From Bryobacterales bacterium (lineage in GTDB: Bacteria; Acidobacteriota; Terriglobia; Bryobacterales; Bryobacteraceae): DNA of 64,000 nucleotides. Made by a program: the position numbers and the translations under genes. The stretch spans positions 136,564 to 200,563 of the forward strand of contig CAVSYF010000002.1 of assembly GCA_963732175.1 (NCBI GenBank), written 5' to 3'. The notes beneath the pieces are model-generated. The model did no database searches. It was given only the letters and a program-made list of their open reading frames with translations, and was not told the origin of the DNA. Below, in pieces: positions 45,247-55,584 of the stretch; position 1 is the stretch's first letter, and each line of letters begins with the position of its first letter.

Positions 45247-47658
45247 ATGCGCGATTTTAAATTCGCTTTTCGATCCCTCATAAAGCAGCCGATTTTTGCG
45301 TTAGCGGCCGTTGTCACTTTGGCCCTCGGTATCGGCGCCAATACAGCCATTTTCAGTGTTTTTGACGCCGTCATTCTGCGGCCGCTCCCGTTTCACGATC
45401 CCGCCGGTCTGGTGCTGGTGTGGCAGAAACGTCCTGATGGCCTTCCAGCGGGCGTGATGCCCGTGAACTATCAGGAATGGGTAAAGCAGGCCACTTCCTT
45501 CCAACAATTACTTGGAATGCATGAGCAATTTTTCAATTTCCGCAGTGGCCGGCAATCGGCCCAGGTAATCGGAGCGCAGGTGTCGCCGAATTTTTTTCGC
45601 TCGCTCGGGATTGAACCCATGTTCGGTCGTGGATTTGATCCTGCCGAAGGCCGCCCGAACGCAGCTCGTGTAGTTCTCTTAAGCTACGCCTTCTGGCAAG
45701 GCCAGCTCGGCGCCGATCGCGGCATCGTGGGGCGTACCGTCACGATCAATGGTGAGCCTTCGAGCGTGATCGGAGTATTGCCTGGCGCGGTGAATAGCCC
45801 GGTCCAATTCAAAACAGTGCAGCTATGGGCGCCCCTCGAGTTCGATGCCAGCTCCCCAACCAAAAGGAACGCGATGCTGGTGGTGGGACGCCTGAGGCCG
45901 GGCGTGGGAATCCCCCAGGCGGACAGCGAAATGCGAGTGATCGCGAAAAGGCTCGAAACGGAATATCCGGACGCCAACAAAGGTTGGTCGGCTATGGTGA
46001 CTTCGCTGCATGATTATGGTCTATCCGACGTGCGCATGACGCTGGTCGGCCTGCTGGGGGCGGTCGGATTCGTTCTCTTGATCGCCTGTGTGAACATTGC
46101 TAATTTGCTGCTGGCGCGCGCGGAAACTCGGCAGAAGGAAGTGGCCATTCGATCGGCTCTCGGAGCCAGCCGCGCCCGGTTGCTGCGCGAACTATTTGCC
46201 GAAAATTTGCTGCTCGCCTTGACCGGCAGCTTAGCCGGCCTGGCGCTGGCCCATGGGGCGCTGCGGTTGCTGGTTCGGCTGGATGCCGGCCAGTTGCCGC
46301 GTATTCAGGAGGCCGCACTGGACGCCCGCGTCCTGATCTTCACGCTGGCGCTCACGCTGGTCACCGCGTTCCTGTTCGGCCTGTTTCCAGCGCGGCACAT
46401 GCTGGCGTGCGATCTGAACCGGATGCTTCGCCAAACCGGCCGTGGGTCGGTTCACGCGCTGATGGCTCGAAGGTCTCGCAATCTGCTCGTCGTCCTGCAA
46501 ACCGCCCTGTCGCTGGTGCTGGTGGCAGGGGCAGGGCTCATGATTCATAACCTGCTACGGCTTCAAACCGAGAGCCGCGGCTTCGTGCCTGAGCAGCTGC
46601 TAAGCTTCCGCGTTTCGTTCGCCGATTCCGATTCGTCCGACCAGCGTCAGACTGCGGCCTCCTACGGCCGGATGCTGGACCGAATCCAGGCTCTGCCGGG
46701 CGTAAAGGCCGTGGCCACGGCAACCAATCTTCCGCTGGATGGCTACGTCATGATCGGCGCCTATTTCCGAATAGAAGGCGCTGCTCCCACCAACTTCTCC
46801 GAGCGGCCGATCGCGGCCTGCAACCTGGTCAACCCGGGCTACTTTAGAAGCATCGGGACGCCGATTCTCGAAGGCCGGGAATTCGACGAACGTGACCGAG
46901 AAGGCGCGCCGCCGGTGGCAGTGATTAGCGCTACGCTCGCCCATAGATTCTTTCCGCACCAGAGCGCGATCGGCCGCAAAATCATCGTGCCCACTCCCGG
47001 CCGCGGAGCCATTGAAGTTACCCGTCAGATTGTAGGCGTGGCCGGCGACATTCACTACCTCACGCGCATCACCCAGGATTCCGCTGAAATCTATCTGCCT
47101 TTTCTGCAAACCGTATGGCCAGTCTCCTACGTCATGGTTCGAACCGGCGGCGATCCCAAAATTTTAGCGTCCGGGGTGCGTCCCGCGCTGCGGGAGGCCG
47201 GCTTTGACCAGCCCATCGCGGAAGTACAAAGTATGCGGGATCGGATCGCGCAGGTGAATGGCAAACCGCGTCTGAACTCAGTGCTGGCCGCTATTTTCGC
47301 GAGCATCGCCCTGGTCCTGGCAGCCGTCGGGATTTATGGCGTGATCTCCTACTCGGTCGCTCAGAGCACCCAGGAAATCGGGCTGCGCATGGCGCTGGGT
47401 GCAACCCCGGCCGGGATCGTGAGCTGGATCATGCGGCGGGCGCTGCTGTTAGCCGCGGCCGGAATAATGCTCGGGTTGGCTGGACATTTCGCGGTTTCTC
47501 GTGTACTCGGGAGCTTGCTTTATGGCATCAGCCCGAACGACGTCGCGGCGTTGGCGAGCGCGACGCTGGTGTTGAGCCTGACGGCTCTACTCGCCAGCTA
47601 TATACCGGCGCGGCGGGCCGTGCGCATCGATCCGATGGCCGCGCTCAAGGCCGAGTAA
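45247..47658 (+). CDS. ABC transporter permease, duplicated FtsX/MacB-like (ADOP family)
   Basis: Intact 803-aa ORF with the N-terminus MRDFKFAFRSLIKQPIFALAAVVTLALGIGANTAIFSV. It has two MacB-type periplasmic domains and two FtsX 4-TM modules. Confidence 0.9.
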   Translation: MRDFKFAFRSLIKQPIFALAAVVTLALGIGANTAIFSVFDAVILRPLPFHDPAGLVLVWQKRPDGLPAGVMPVNYQEWVKQATSFQQLLGMHEQFFNFRSGRQSAQVIGAQVSPNFFRSLGIEPMFGRGFDPAEGRPNAARVVLLSYAFWQGQLGADRGIVGRTVTINGEPSSVIGVLPGAVNSPVQFKTVQLWAPLEFDASSPTKRNAMLVVGRLRPGVGIPQADSEMRVIAKRLETEYPDANKGWSAMVTSLHDYGLSDVRMTLVGLLGAVGFVLLIACVNIANLLLARAETRQKEVAIRSALGASRARLLRELFAENLLLALTGSLAGLALAHGALRLLVRLDAGQLPRIQEAALDARVLIFTLALTLVTAFLFGLFPARHMLACDLNRMLRQTGRGSVHALMARRSRNLLVVLQTALSLVLVAGAGLMIHNLLRLQTESRGFVPEQLLSFRVSFADSDSSDQRQTAASYGRMLDRIQALPGVKAVATATNLPLDGYVMIGAYFRIEGAAPTNFSERPIAACNLVNPGYFRSIGTPILEGREFDERDREGAPPVAVISATLAHRFFPHQSAIGRKIIVPTPGRGAIEVTRQIVGVAGDIHYLTRITQDSAEIYLPFLQTVWPVSYVMVRTGGDPKILASGVRPALREAGFDQPIAEVQSMRDRIAQVNGKPRLNSVLAAIFASIALVLAAVGIYGVISYSVAQSTQEIGLRMALGATPAGIVSWIMRRALLLAAAGIMLGLAGHFAVSRVLGSLLYGISPNDVAALASATLVLSLTALLASYIPARRAVRIDPMAALKAE

Positions 47659-47668
47659 GACTTCGAAA

Positions 47669-49975
47669 CTAGCGGCGCTTTCTGCGGGTCCGTTCGGGCT
47701 CAACCAGCGAGAACTGCAATTTTCGCTCGATGGGATCTACTCGATCGAGCAACACTGACACTGTGTCGCCGATGCTGAACTCCCGCCGCGTTCGTTGACC
47801 GACGATCTTGCGCACATTGTCGTGAAACACGAAGCGGTCGCCCGGCAGGCTGTCGATCGGCACTAATCCTTCCACGAAGAAATTCTCGAGTTCCACAAAA
47901 AAGCCGAAGCGCGTGGTGCTGATTATGAGCGCGGAGAACTGCTCGCCCACGCGATCCTCCATGAATTTTGCCTTTTTCCATTCCACCAGCTCGCGCTCGG
48001 CTTCGGCGGCGCGCCGCTCGGTAGCCGAGCAATCATCGGCGATAATGTGCAGCCTTTCCCCGGCGATCGATTGCGTTTTTTCTTCGAGTGACGCGCTCAA
48101 TATCCTATGAACGATCAAATCCGGATAGCGCCGGATGGGCGACGTAAAGTGCGTGTAGCTGGATGCGGCCAGCGCAAAGTGGCCCTGATTCTCCTCGCTG
48201 TAGCGGGCCTGTTTCAACGAACGCAACATCAGGTAACTCAGAATGCGCTCTTCCGGTTTGCCCTCCACTTTCGCGATCAGCTTTTGATAATTGCGCGGCG
48301 AGATGGCCAGGTTGTCGTCGGCGAGGACGATCTCCTTCCGAATCATGCGGCCGTCGCGCGTGCGCTGGGCCGTTCGGAAGCGCTTCACCGGGAGCGCACC
48401 CAAGCCCAGGGAGTAACCGAAGTGCATTGCGATTTCCTCAAACTCCATCACTCGCTTGGGGTCGGGCTTTTCGTGAATCCGGAACAGCGAGGCGATTCCC
48501 GCCTGCTCGAGATGGGACGCGACGGCTTCGTTGGCCGACAGCATGAATTCTTCGATGATGCGGTGCGCGATGTTTCGGGGGCTGCGCTTTACTCCCACCA
48601 TTTCGCCGAACTGGTCGAATTCGATCAGCGGCTCCGGCATATCGAAATCGATGGCGCCCCGCTGGACACGCTTCCGATTCAGGATGAGAGCCAGTTCCCG
48701 CATGAGTTCAAAGCGCGGTGTGAGGCGCTCGTAACGTTGACGCAAGGCGGCGTCGCCTTCAAGCAGCGCATGAACATCGGTGTAGGTCATCCGCTCGGCG
48801 CTGCGGATGACGCCTCGAGAAAATCGTTGGGACAGGATGTCGCCGCGGTGATCGAGCTCGAGTTGAACCGAGAGCACTAAACGGTCGACGCCCGGTTTCA
48901 GTGAACAGATTTCGGTGGAAAGCTCCAGAGGGAGCATGGGAACGGCGCGATCCGGAAAGTAAACGCTGGTGCCCCTGAGGAACGCCTCTTCGTCGATCGG
49001 CGTGGCGGGCCTTACGTAATGGCTGACGTCGGCGATGTGAACGTCCAGAGCATAATTGCCATTCGGCAACCGGTCTACCCAGACGGCGTCGTCGAAATCG
49101 CGCGCGGTCTCACCATCGATGGTGACGATGTCGAGAGACCGGAAATCCTGCCGGCCGGCGAGTTCGTCCAGGCGAATGATATCCGAGAAGCTCCGCGCCT
49201 GCTCCAGGACTTCGGGCGGAAAGCGATGCGGGATATGGTGCTTGCGAATGATGATCTCGACATCTACGCCAAAGTCGTCCGGATGGCCGAGCACCTCGAT
49301 AACGCGGCCGACGGCGTGTTCGCCCGCTTCGGGAAATTCGAGGATTTCGACGTTCACGATCATGCCGTCCAGATCTTCCGGACCAGACGCCTCGACCGGA
49401 GCGATGCCGACGCGGTCCCGGCTGGCTGCGGGCGGCGGGATCTCCATGCCTTCCGGAATTTGGATCCACTGCCGGATACGCTCATCGTGCGGAACGACGT
49501 ACGCGCCCCGGTGGCGAAGGTGGAACTCGCCCACCACGGTCTGGTGCGCGCGGCGGAGGATCTTTATGATCTCTCCATCCGCTCGGCCGTCGTTATCGAT
49601 GCGGGCGACGCGAACCACCACGCGGTCGCCATGCATGGCGGTTTGCGCTGAATCGCGCGGGATGTATACGTCGCCTTGGAGCCCCGGAATGGGGTGATCG
49701 GGAATGAGGAACCCGTAACCGTCGCGATGCATGTTCAGGCGCCCGACGGTGTATTCCCGGCTAACCCGGGTAGCGACGAAGTGACCCGCCTTAACTTCGA
49801 CCAGCTGGCCGCGTTCCGCTAAACGCTCGAGAGCGGCTTCCAACTCGTCCCGAACCGCGCCGCGAGAACCAAGCTCCCGGACTAATTGCTTGAACGTAGC
49901 GCGCGCATGCGGGAGCCGGCTGATGTGATCGAGGATCGCGGCGTCGGTCAAAGGACCCGAGGGCTCCTTATTCAA
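47669..49975 (-). CDS. rnr: ribonuclease R
   Basis: Intact 768-aa ORF with an RNB catalytic domain (IDGETARDFDDAV, FTSPIRRYPDLIVHR). It also has cold-shock-like N-terminal domains and a C-terminal S1 domain. The start is TTG, and an alternative in-frame TTG lies 8 codons downstream, after AAGGAG. Confidence 0.9.
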   Translation of the reverse strand: MNKEPSGPLTDAAILDHISRLPHARATFKQLVRELGSRGAVRDELEAALERLAERGQLVEVKAGHFVATRVSREYTVGRLNMHRDGYGFLIPDHPIPGLQGDVYIPRDSAQTAMHGDRVVVRVARIDNDGRADGEIIKILRRAHQTVVGEFHLRHRGAYVVPHDERIRQWIQIPEGMEIPPPAASRDRVGIAPVEASGPEDLDGMIVNVEILEFPEAGEHAVGRVIEVLGHPDDFGVDVEIIIRKHHIPHRFPPEVLEQARSFSDIIRLDELAGRQDFRSLDIVTIDGETARDFDDAVWVDRLPNGNYALDVHIADVSHYVRPATPIDEEAFLRGTSVYFPDRAVPMLPLELSTEICSLKPGVDRLVLSVQLELDHRGDILSQRFSRGVIRSAERMTYTDVHALLEGDAALRQRYERLTPRFELMRELALILNRKRVQRGAIDFDMPEPLIEFDQFGEMVGVKRSPRNIAHRIIEEFMLSANEAVASHLEQAGIASLFRIHEKPDPKRVMEFEEIAMHFGYSLGLGALPVKRFRTAQRTRDGRMIRKEIVLADDNLAISPRNYQKLIAKVEGKPEERILSYLMLRSLKQARYSEENQGHFALAASSYTHFTSPIRRYPDLIVHRILSASLEEKTQSIAGERLHIIADDCSATERRAAEAERELVEWKKAKFMEDRVGEQFSALIISTTRFGFFVELENFFVEGLVPIDSLPGDRFVFHDNVRKIVGQRTRREFSIGDTVSVLLDRVDPIERKLQFSLVEPERTRRKRR

Positions 49976-50014
49976 TATTCAATATCGCGCACAACATTCA
50001 ATATCGCGCACAAC
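49970..50014. repeat. tandem direct repeat, 2 full copies of 19 bp (ATTCAATATCGCGCACAAC) plus a 7-bp partial copy
   Basis: The full units are at 49977..49995 and 49996..50014 and are identical. The partial copy ATTCAAT at 49970..49976 contains the rnr TTG start codon on the other strand. Confidence 0.85.
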
Positions 50015-50383
50015 GCAGGGGTCCGCGACCAGCGATGTTTCTTCTATAAAAAATTCTCTCTGGGGCCACTATAGAACGCGAAAAAACGAAGCCAAGGGTA
50101 GTTCTTCGCAACCCATTGATTCAATTGACATAATTTCGGCGGGAGTGCTGCTTCGCGGCGCGCTCTTTACATTTATTTACAATTCTTCTACGCGAACGGA
50201 CTGCCCCAGGAATTACACTCGGGGAAACTGGCTATCTCGCAACGCAGGGTACATCGTCCGATCAATTATTGCTGTGCCCGTACCAGAGGGGATTTTTCTT
50301 CAATGATCAAGGGTTATCTCGTACCGCCCGGACGCCTTGCCGCGTTCGTGCTACCCGATTCAGCCAATGGAGGCAGTATATCT

Positions 50384-53300
50384 ATGCGAACTGCAATTGC
50401 TCTTCTTGCCGTTATTTTAAGTGGAATTGGTTTGACTAACTTAGCCGGCCAAGGAACCACCGCTACTATTTTGGGGACAGTAAGCGATCCGACCGGCGCG
50501 AGTATCGCGGGTGCGATGGTTCAGGTGAGGAACGTCGGTACCGGATTGGCGCAGAATATTCAGACCGACGCTGCGGGCCGCTACCGGGTGCCGGATTTGT
50601 TGGTCGGCGATTATGAAGTTCAGGCTGCGAAAGAGGGATTTGCGACGGTAGTTCACCGGGGCATTACGCTGACCGTCGGCGCACAGAGTGTTGTGGACTT
50701 TTCGCTCGCCGTCGGACAGACGCAGCAGACCGTGACGGTGGAAGGCGAGGTGACTCAAGTGGAGACCACCAACGCGAGCGTCGGAGCATTGGTCAGTGAA
50801 ACACAGATGCGCGAGCTGCCTCTGAACGGACGCAACTTTGAGCAACTGATCCAGCTGGCGCCGGGTGTTCAGAACTACTATGCGGGAAGCGCGGCAATCG
50901 GCACCGGAACGGGCGCGAATATGCGGGAAGGGCGAGACGCCTCCATCTCGGTAGCCGGGGCCCGGCCGGAAGGTCTCGCGTTCCTGATGGACGACCAGAG
51001 TCTGGAGACCTTTTACAATCGCGGTCTGGGATCGATTACCGGAACGTCGCTCGGAGTGGACGCCATCGGCGAGTTTCAAACGCTGACCAATACGTATGGC
51101 GCGCAGTACGGCGGCAACGGCGCGGTCATGAATGCGGTGAGCAAGTCCGGAACAGACAGTTTCCACGGATCGCTGTACGAATTTTTGCGAAACAGCGACC
51201 TGGATGCTCGTAACTTCACCGATCCGTCGAATGTGCCCGAATACCACAGGAACCAATACGGCGGCACGATTGGGGGGCCAATCAAGAAAGACAAGGCGTT
51301 CTTCTTCTTCAATTACGAAGGCATCCGTTCGGTGCAAGGATTCTCGCAAGTGGTGACGGTGCCGTACAACCCCGTCGTCAAGGCCACAAACCCACAGACC
51401 GCTGCGGCGGTTGCGGCCGTGCTTGCGCTCTACCCGACCCCGACCTTTAACTTCAACACTACCGCGGGCACCGGGCAGACGACCGTCGTCAAAATTCAAC
51501 CCGAGCATGAAAACTATTACCTGGGGCGCTTTGACTACAACATCTCGGAGAAAGATTCGTTCTTTGGGCGCTACTTCATGGATCTCCAGGTGGCCACTTA
51601 TCCGTTCAGCGGCTCAACGTTGGGCTTAGAGCCGGAAGGCGAGAATGGCGCGAATCAGTTTTTCACGATGGAGGAGCGGCATATCTTCTCCCCAAATTTG
51701 ATCAACACGGTGCGCGGCTCTTTCTCGCGAACGAATGCCAACTCCGCGGCGCAACTTATTCATCCGGCGCTCGAGATGTACCCCGGATCCAACCGGCCGG
51801 ACGCCACGATCACGATCACGGGCCTCACCGGCATCGGCACGGGCGCGGCCTCGCCAGAGCCGGAACTGCAGGTCCAAAACCGGTTTTCGGAAGGCGATGA
51901 CATTGTCTGGACAAAAGGCGCGCACACGCTGCGGTTCGGGGGCGGTGTAGAGCGGGTTCAGTCCAACGTCTATTGGCCGTTTGACGGCAATGGCATTTTT
52001 GCTTTCGGAAGCCTAGCCCTGTTTGAGGCGGGAACGGCGAGTACTTTGACGGGAGTCCTGAACACGCCCAACAATAATCCGGTCCGCGACTACCGCGAAA
52101 TCGACTTCCTCTTCTATGGCCAGGACGATTGGAAAGTGTCGTCCAAGCTTACGGTGAACATCGGTTTGCGGTATGAGCCCATGACCAACCCGGTGGAAGT
52201 TCACGACGCTCTCTACACCGTCGAAAATTTCCGGACGGATAGTTCATTTACTCAGGTTCCGCACGTGATGATCACCAATCCTTCCTGGAAGAATTACGAT
52301 CCGCGCGTCGGCTTCGCTTACGATCCATTTTCGGACCATAAGACCTCCATTCGTGGCGGCTTCGGAATGTTCCATGAGGTTTTGGCGGCAGGCGTGTGGG
52401 GAATCGGATTCATCAATTCACCGCCGTGGAACATCATCTCGCAAACCTCTCCGACGGGAACCAACGCTGTGACTTTCCAGAATCCGTCCATCGACGGTGG
52501 AGCGGCGCCGTTCGGGATCGGAGACTCCGGGTGCGCCGGCGCTTCCCAGTACTACGATTGGATACGCCTACCAGCTGAACCGGACTCCTTACATGGAACA
52601 GTACAACTTAAATGTGCAGCGCGAGATCGTGGGCGGCACGGTGGCCTCGCTTGGCTACATCGGATCTCATGGAGTGAACCTGATTACCGGTATCCAGGAA
52701 AATCCGGTCGGCTACACCATTGACGCCAGCGGTGTGTACCACTTCAACGGCGTTCGCCAGAATCCGGCTTTGGGGAGTTCTACTCTGGGCGTGAACGGCA
52801 CCAACTCACGTTACAACTCCCTGCAGGCGGCGCTGAATCGCAGGCTCTCGCGAAATATCCAGGCACAAGCCTCGTATACCTGGTCGCATTGTGAAGGCAC
52901 CGGTGATGCGGTGCTTGGCTCTCTTTCCGGAAATTCGCCGACCATCTTCGAAAACCCGTATACCCGGACGCCCGACTATTCTGTATGCGGGTACAATATT
53001 ACGCATGCTTTCCACCTCAACAGTCTGGTGGACTTGCCGTTCCATGGGAATCGCGTTGTGGAGGGATGGCAGCTCTCAGGGATATTGACGGCCAGCACGG
53101 GCCTGCCGATCAACATTACCGATGGAGTTGACGTCAGCAATCAGCTCGGCAGCGCCGCCACGCGTCCCAATTACGCTCCGAACAATCCAGCGGTCGGCAT
53201 CTACCCGGCGTGCAACAACAGCCCCATCCTCGGCGGAGCCACCATGTACTACAACCCGAACTGCTTCTCACCGGAAGCGTTCGGCACGCTCGGCAATTTT

Positions 53301-53570
53301 GCGCGAGAAGGACTGTATGGTCCGAATCTGGTTGATGTCGACTTTGCGGTTTTGAAGAGCACGAAGATCCGCGAAAACATGAATCTTCAATTTCGAGCCG
53401 AATTCTTCAACATCTTCAACCATACGAATCTCTCCCTGCCCATCATGACGCTGTTCACGGGAACGGCCAGCCCGACCGCGGTCTACGGGCGCGTCACAAA
53501 CTCCGGCCAAATCCTGCAGGATGCCGTGCCGTCGCGCGAGATTCAACTCGGCCTGAAACTGATCTTCTAA
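50384..53570 (+). pseudogene. TonB-dependent receptor with carboxypeptidase-regulatory-like domain (about 1060 aa), one frameshift near 52500-52545
   Basis: ATG 50384 is preceded by GGAGG and gives MRTAIALLAVILSGIGLTNLAGQG, followed by ILGTVSDPTGASIAGAMVQVRN. ORF 50303..52723 and ORF 52497..53570 overlap in different frames. The second frame carries ...GYAYQLNRTPYMEQYNLNVQREI... and the barrel end LGLKLIF. The length is 3n+1. Confidence 0.85.
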
Positions 53571-53588
53571 CCGGTAGCCTTGTAATCC

Positions 53589-53630
53589 TGGCCGCGTCCG
53601 AACGTCGAGCGCGGCCATTTTCTTTTTCTC
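53589..53630 (+). terminator. rho-independent terminator after the TonB-dependent receptor gene
   Basis: The 8-bp stem TGGCCGCG (53589..53596) pairs with CGCGGCCA (53610..53617) across a 13-nt loop. It is followed by TTTTCTTTTTCTC. Confidence 0.6.
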
Positions 53631-53679
53631 ACCTATTTGCCCAACCGGGGCGCTTAAGATACACTCGGTTTTCATTCCG

Positions 53680-54840
53680 ATGTCCAGCGCCTTATTTACC
53701 CCCATTGAGCTCCGCCAGCTCACCCTGAAGAACCGGATCGTAATTTCGCCGTTGTGCCAATACAGCGCCGTCGAAGGGACCGCGCAGCCGTGGCACTGGA
53801 TGCATATCGGCCACTTCGCAATTTCAGGAGCTGGCCTGGTGATCATGGAGGCGACCGCGGTGAGCGCTGTCGGCAGGATCTCGCGGCAATGTCTTGGTCT
53901 TTATTCGGACGAAAATGAAGCCGCGCTCGCGAGGCTGATCTGCGACACCCGCCGATTTTCCGATATCCCGATCGGTATTCAACTCGATCACGCTGGCCGT
54001 AAGGCGTCGACCCGGCCGACCTGGGAATTGTGGAAGGGCCATGGCGTATCGCGCGAGGAGGGCGGATGGCAGCCGGTAGGCCCGTCGGCGGAAGCGTTCA
54101 CGACAGGCTGGCAGGTTCCCATCGAACTCGACCGCGCCGCGTTGGCCCAAGTCCGCGGCGAATTCATCGAGTCCACGCAGCGCGCCGATCGCTGCGGTTT
54201 CGATTGGATAGAAATCCACTGCGCGCACGGCTATCTTCTGCATGAATTTCTATCGCCGCTCACCAATCACCGTGGCGATGCGTATGGCGGCAGCGCGGCG
54301 AACCGGTTGCGCTTTCCTCTGGAGGTCGCAGAAGCGATGCGCGCGGTGTGGCCGCAAAACAAACCGCTGGGCGTGCGCATCACGGGGGAAGACTGGATCG
54401 AGGGCGGCTTGACGCTCGATGACGCCGTGGAATTCGCGGGAGCGCTCAAGGAGATTGGTATCGATTATGTCACGCCCTCGGCCGGCAATGTCGCGGCCGG
54501 CATGAAGGTTCCCGCGGTGGGGCCCGGCTACATGGTGCCGTTCGCCGAACGCATCAAGCGGGAGACCGGAATCACGACCATGACCGTCGGGATGATCGTC
54601 GATCCGCATCAAGCCAACGAAATCATTGCGTCCGGAAAAGCCGACATGGTCGCGATCGGCCGCGCCATTATGGACGATCCGCGCTGGCCTTGGCACGCCG
54701 CCGCGAAGCTGGGGGAAAAGATCGAGGTCTCCCCGCAGTACGCGCGCTGCACGCCGCAGCACTGGCCCGCGTATCCCATGGTGCACGGAGTGGCTCTGCG
54801 TGAGGGAGAAGGCGCGATGGGGCACGCGACACGCGAATAG
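53680..54840 (+). CDS. NADH:flavin oxidoreductase (Old Yellow Enzyme family, YqjM/NamA-like)
   Basis: Intact 386-aa ORF with LKNRIVISPLCQY, HAGRKAS, HCAHGYLLHEFLSPLTNHRGDAYGGS and AIGRAIMDDPRW. Confidence 0.9.
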   Translation: MSSALFTPIELRQLTLKNRIVISPLCQYSAVEGTAQPWHWMHIGHFAISGAGLVIMEATAVSAVGRISRQCLGLYSDENEAALARLICDTRRFSDIPIGIQLDHAGRKASTRPTWELWKGHGVSREEGGWQPVGPSAEAFTTGWQVPIELDRAALAQVRGEFIESTQRADRCGFDWIEIHCAHGYLLHEFLSPLTNHRGDAYGGSAANRLRFPLEVAEAMRAVWPQNKPLGVRITGEDWIEGGLTLDDAVEFAGALKEIGIDYVTPSAGNVAAGMKVPAVGPGYMVPFAERIKRETGITTMTVGMIVDPHQANEIIASGKADMVAIGRAIMDDPRWPWHAAAKLGEKIEVSPQYARCTPQHWPAYPMVHGVALREGEGAMGHATRE

Positions 54841-54869
54841 GGCCTGCGTCAGTTCAGTTCGCTCTGAAG

Positions 54870-55584
54870 CTAATTTTCTAAAACGCGTGGCTGGGCGTCT
54901 TCCTTGAGGCGGACGCCCGAAAGTTTCAGACGCCTCGATTCGTTCATCAAGAACAGCAGCTTGTGCGCGGCGGCTGCATAACTGAGTCCCTCGGCGCGAA
55001 TATTAGAGACGCAGTTGCGCTCTGCATCGGTTCGGCCGGGCTGCGGCTGCCAGGTTAGATAGACGCCCAGGCTGTCGGGTGAAGTGAGTCCGGGCCGCTC
55101 GCCGATCAGCACTACCGCGAGCGGTGCGCCGAGAAGCTGGCCGATCTCGTCGCCGATCGCCACGCGCCCTTGTTGAACGACCGCGATAGGTGCGATGCGC
55201 CAGTCGAGCCGGGCGAGCAACAATTCGAGGAGCGGTACAGCATGACGGTGCACAGCCAGCGCGGATAGGCCATCGGCAATTACAAACGCCGCGTCCCAGG
55301 AGCCGGCGAGCGAGTCAATTTTCAGTGATGCCGGGCTCAACTGGCGGCCCAGATCGGGTCGGCGCAGATAGGTGGATCGGTCACGCGCCGCGCTGGTCAA
55401 GGTCACCGACGGAATGCTTTTCTGCTTGAGGCTCCAACGCCAGTGAGTTAACATCCAACGCCAGATGCACGGCATCGCGAGCCTGCGCGTGCGCCAGCTG
55501 AAAATCCAGCAGTTCGCGCGTCGGCAGGCTGTGACCGGCTCGGCCAATGTCGACGCGTGCCGGAGTGAAATTGCGGAGCCGCAT
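54870..55584 (-). pseudogene. eutC: ethanolamine ammonia-lyase small subunit, one frameshift near 55430
   Basis: ATG 55584 overlaps the eutB stop (TGATG) and gives [44 protein letters not shown] in the frame of ORF 55381..55644. The rest ([22 protein letters not shown]...VLIGERPGL...CVSNIR) is in ORF 54870..55547. An alternative start is at 55644. Confidence 0.8.

Noticed and set aside
49970-50014. CRISPR array or mobile-element terminal repeats
   Set aside because: There are only two and a fraction contiguous 19-bp units with no spacers. No cas genes or transposase are present anywhere in the window. The other repeats seen are coding low-complexity tracts (GGGGYP, poly-Glu, NEEL coiled coil).
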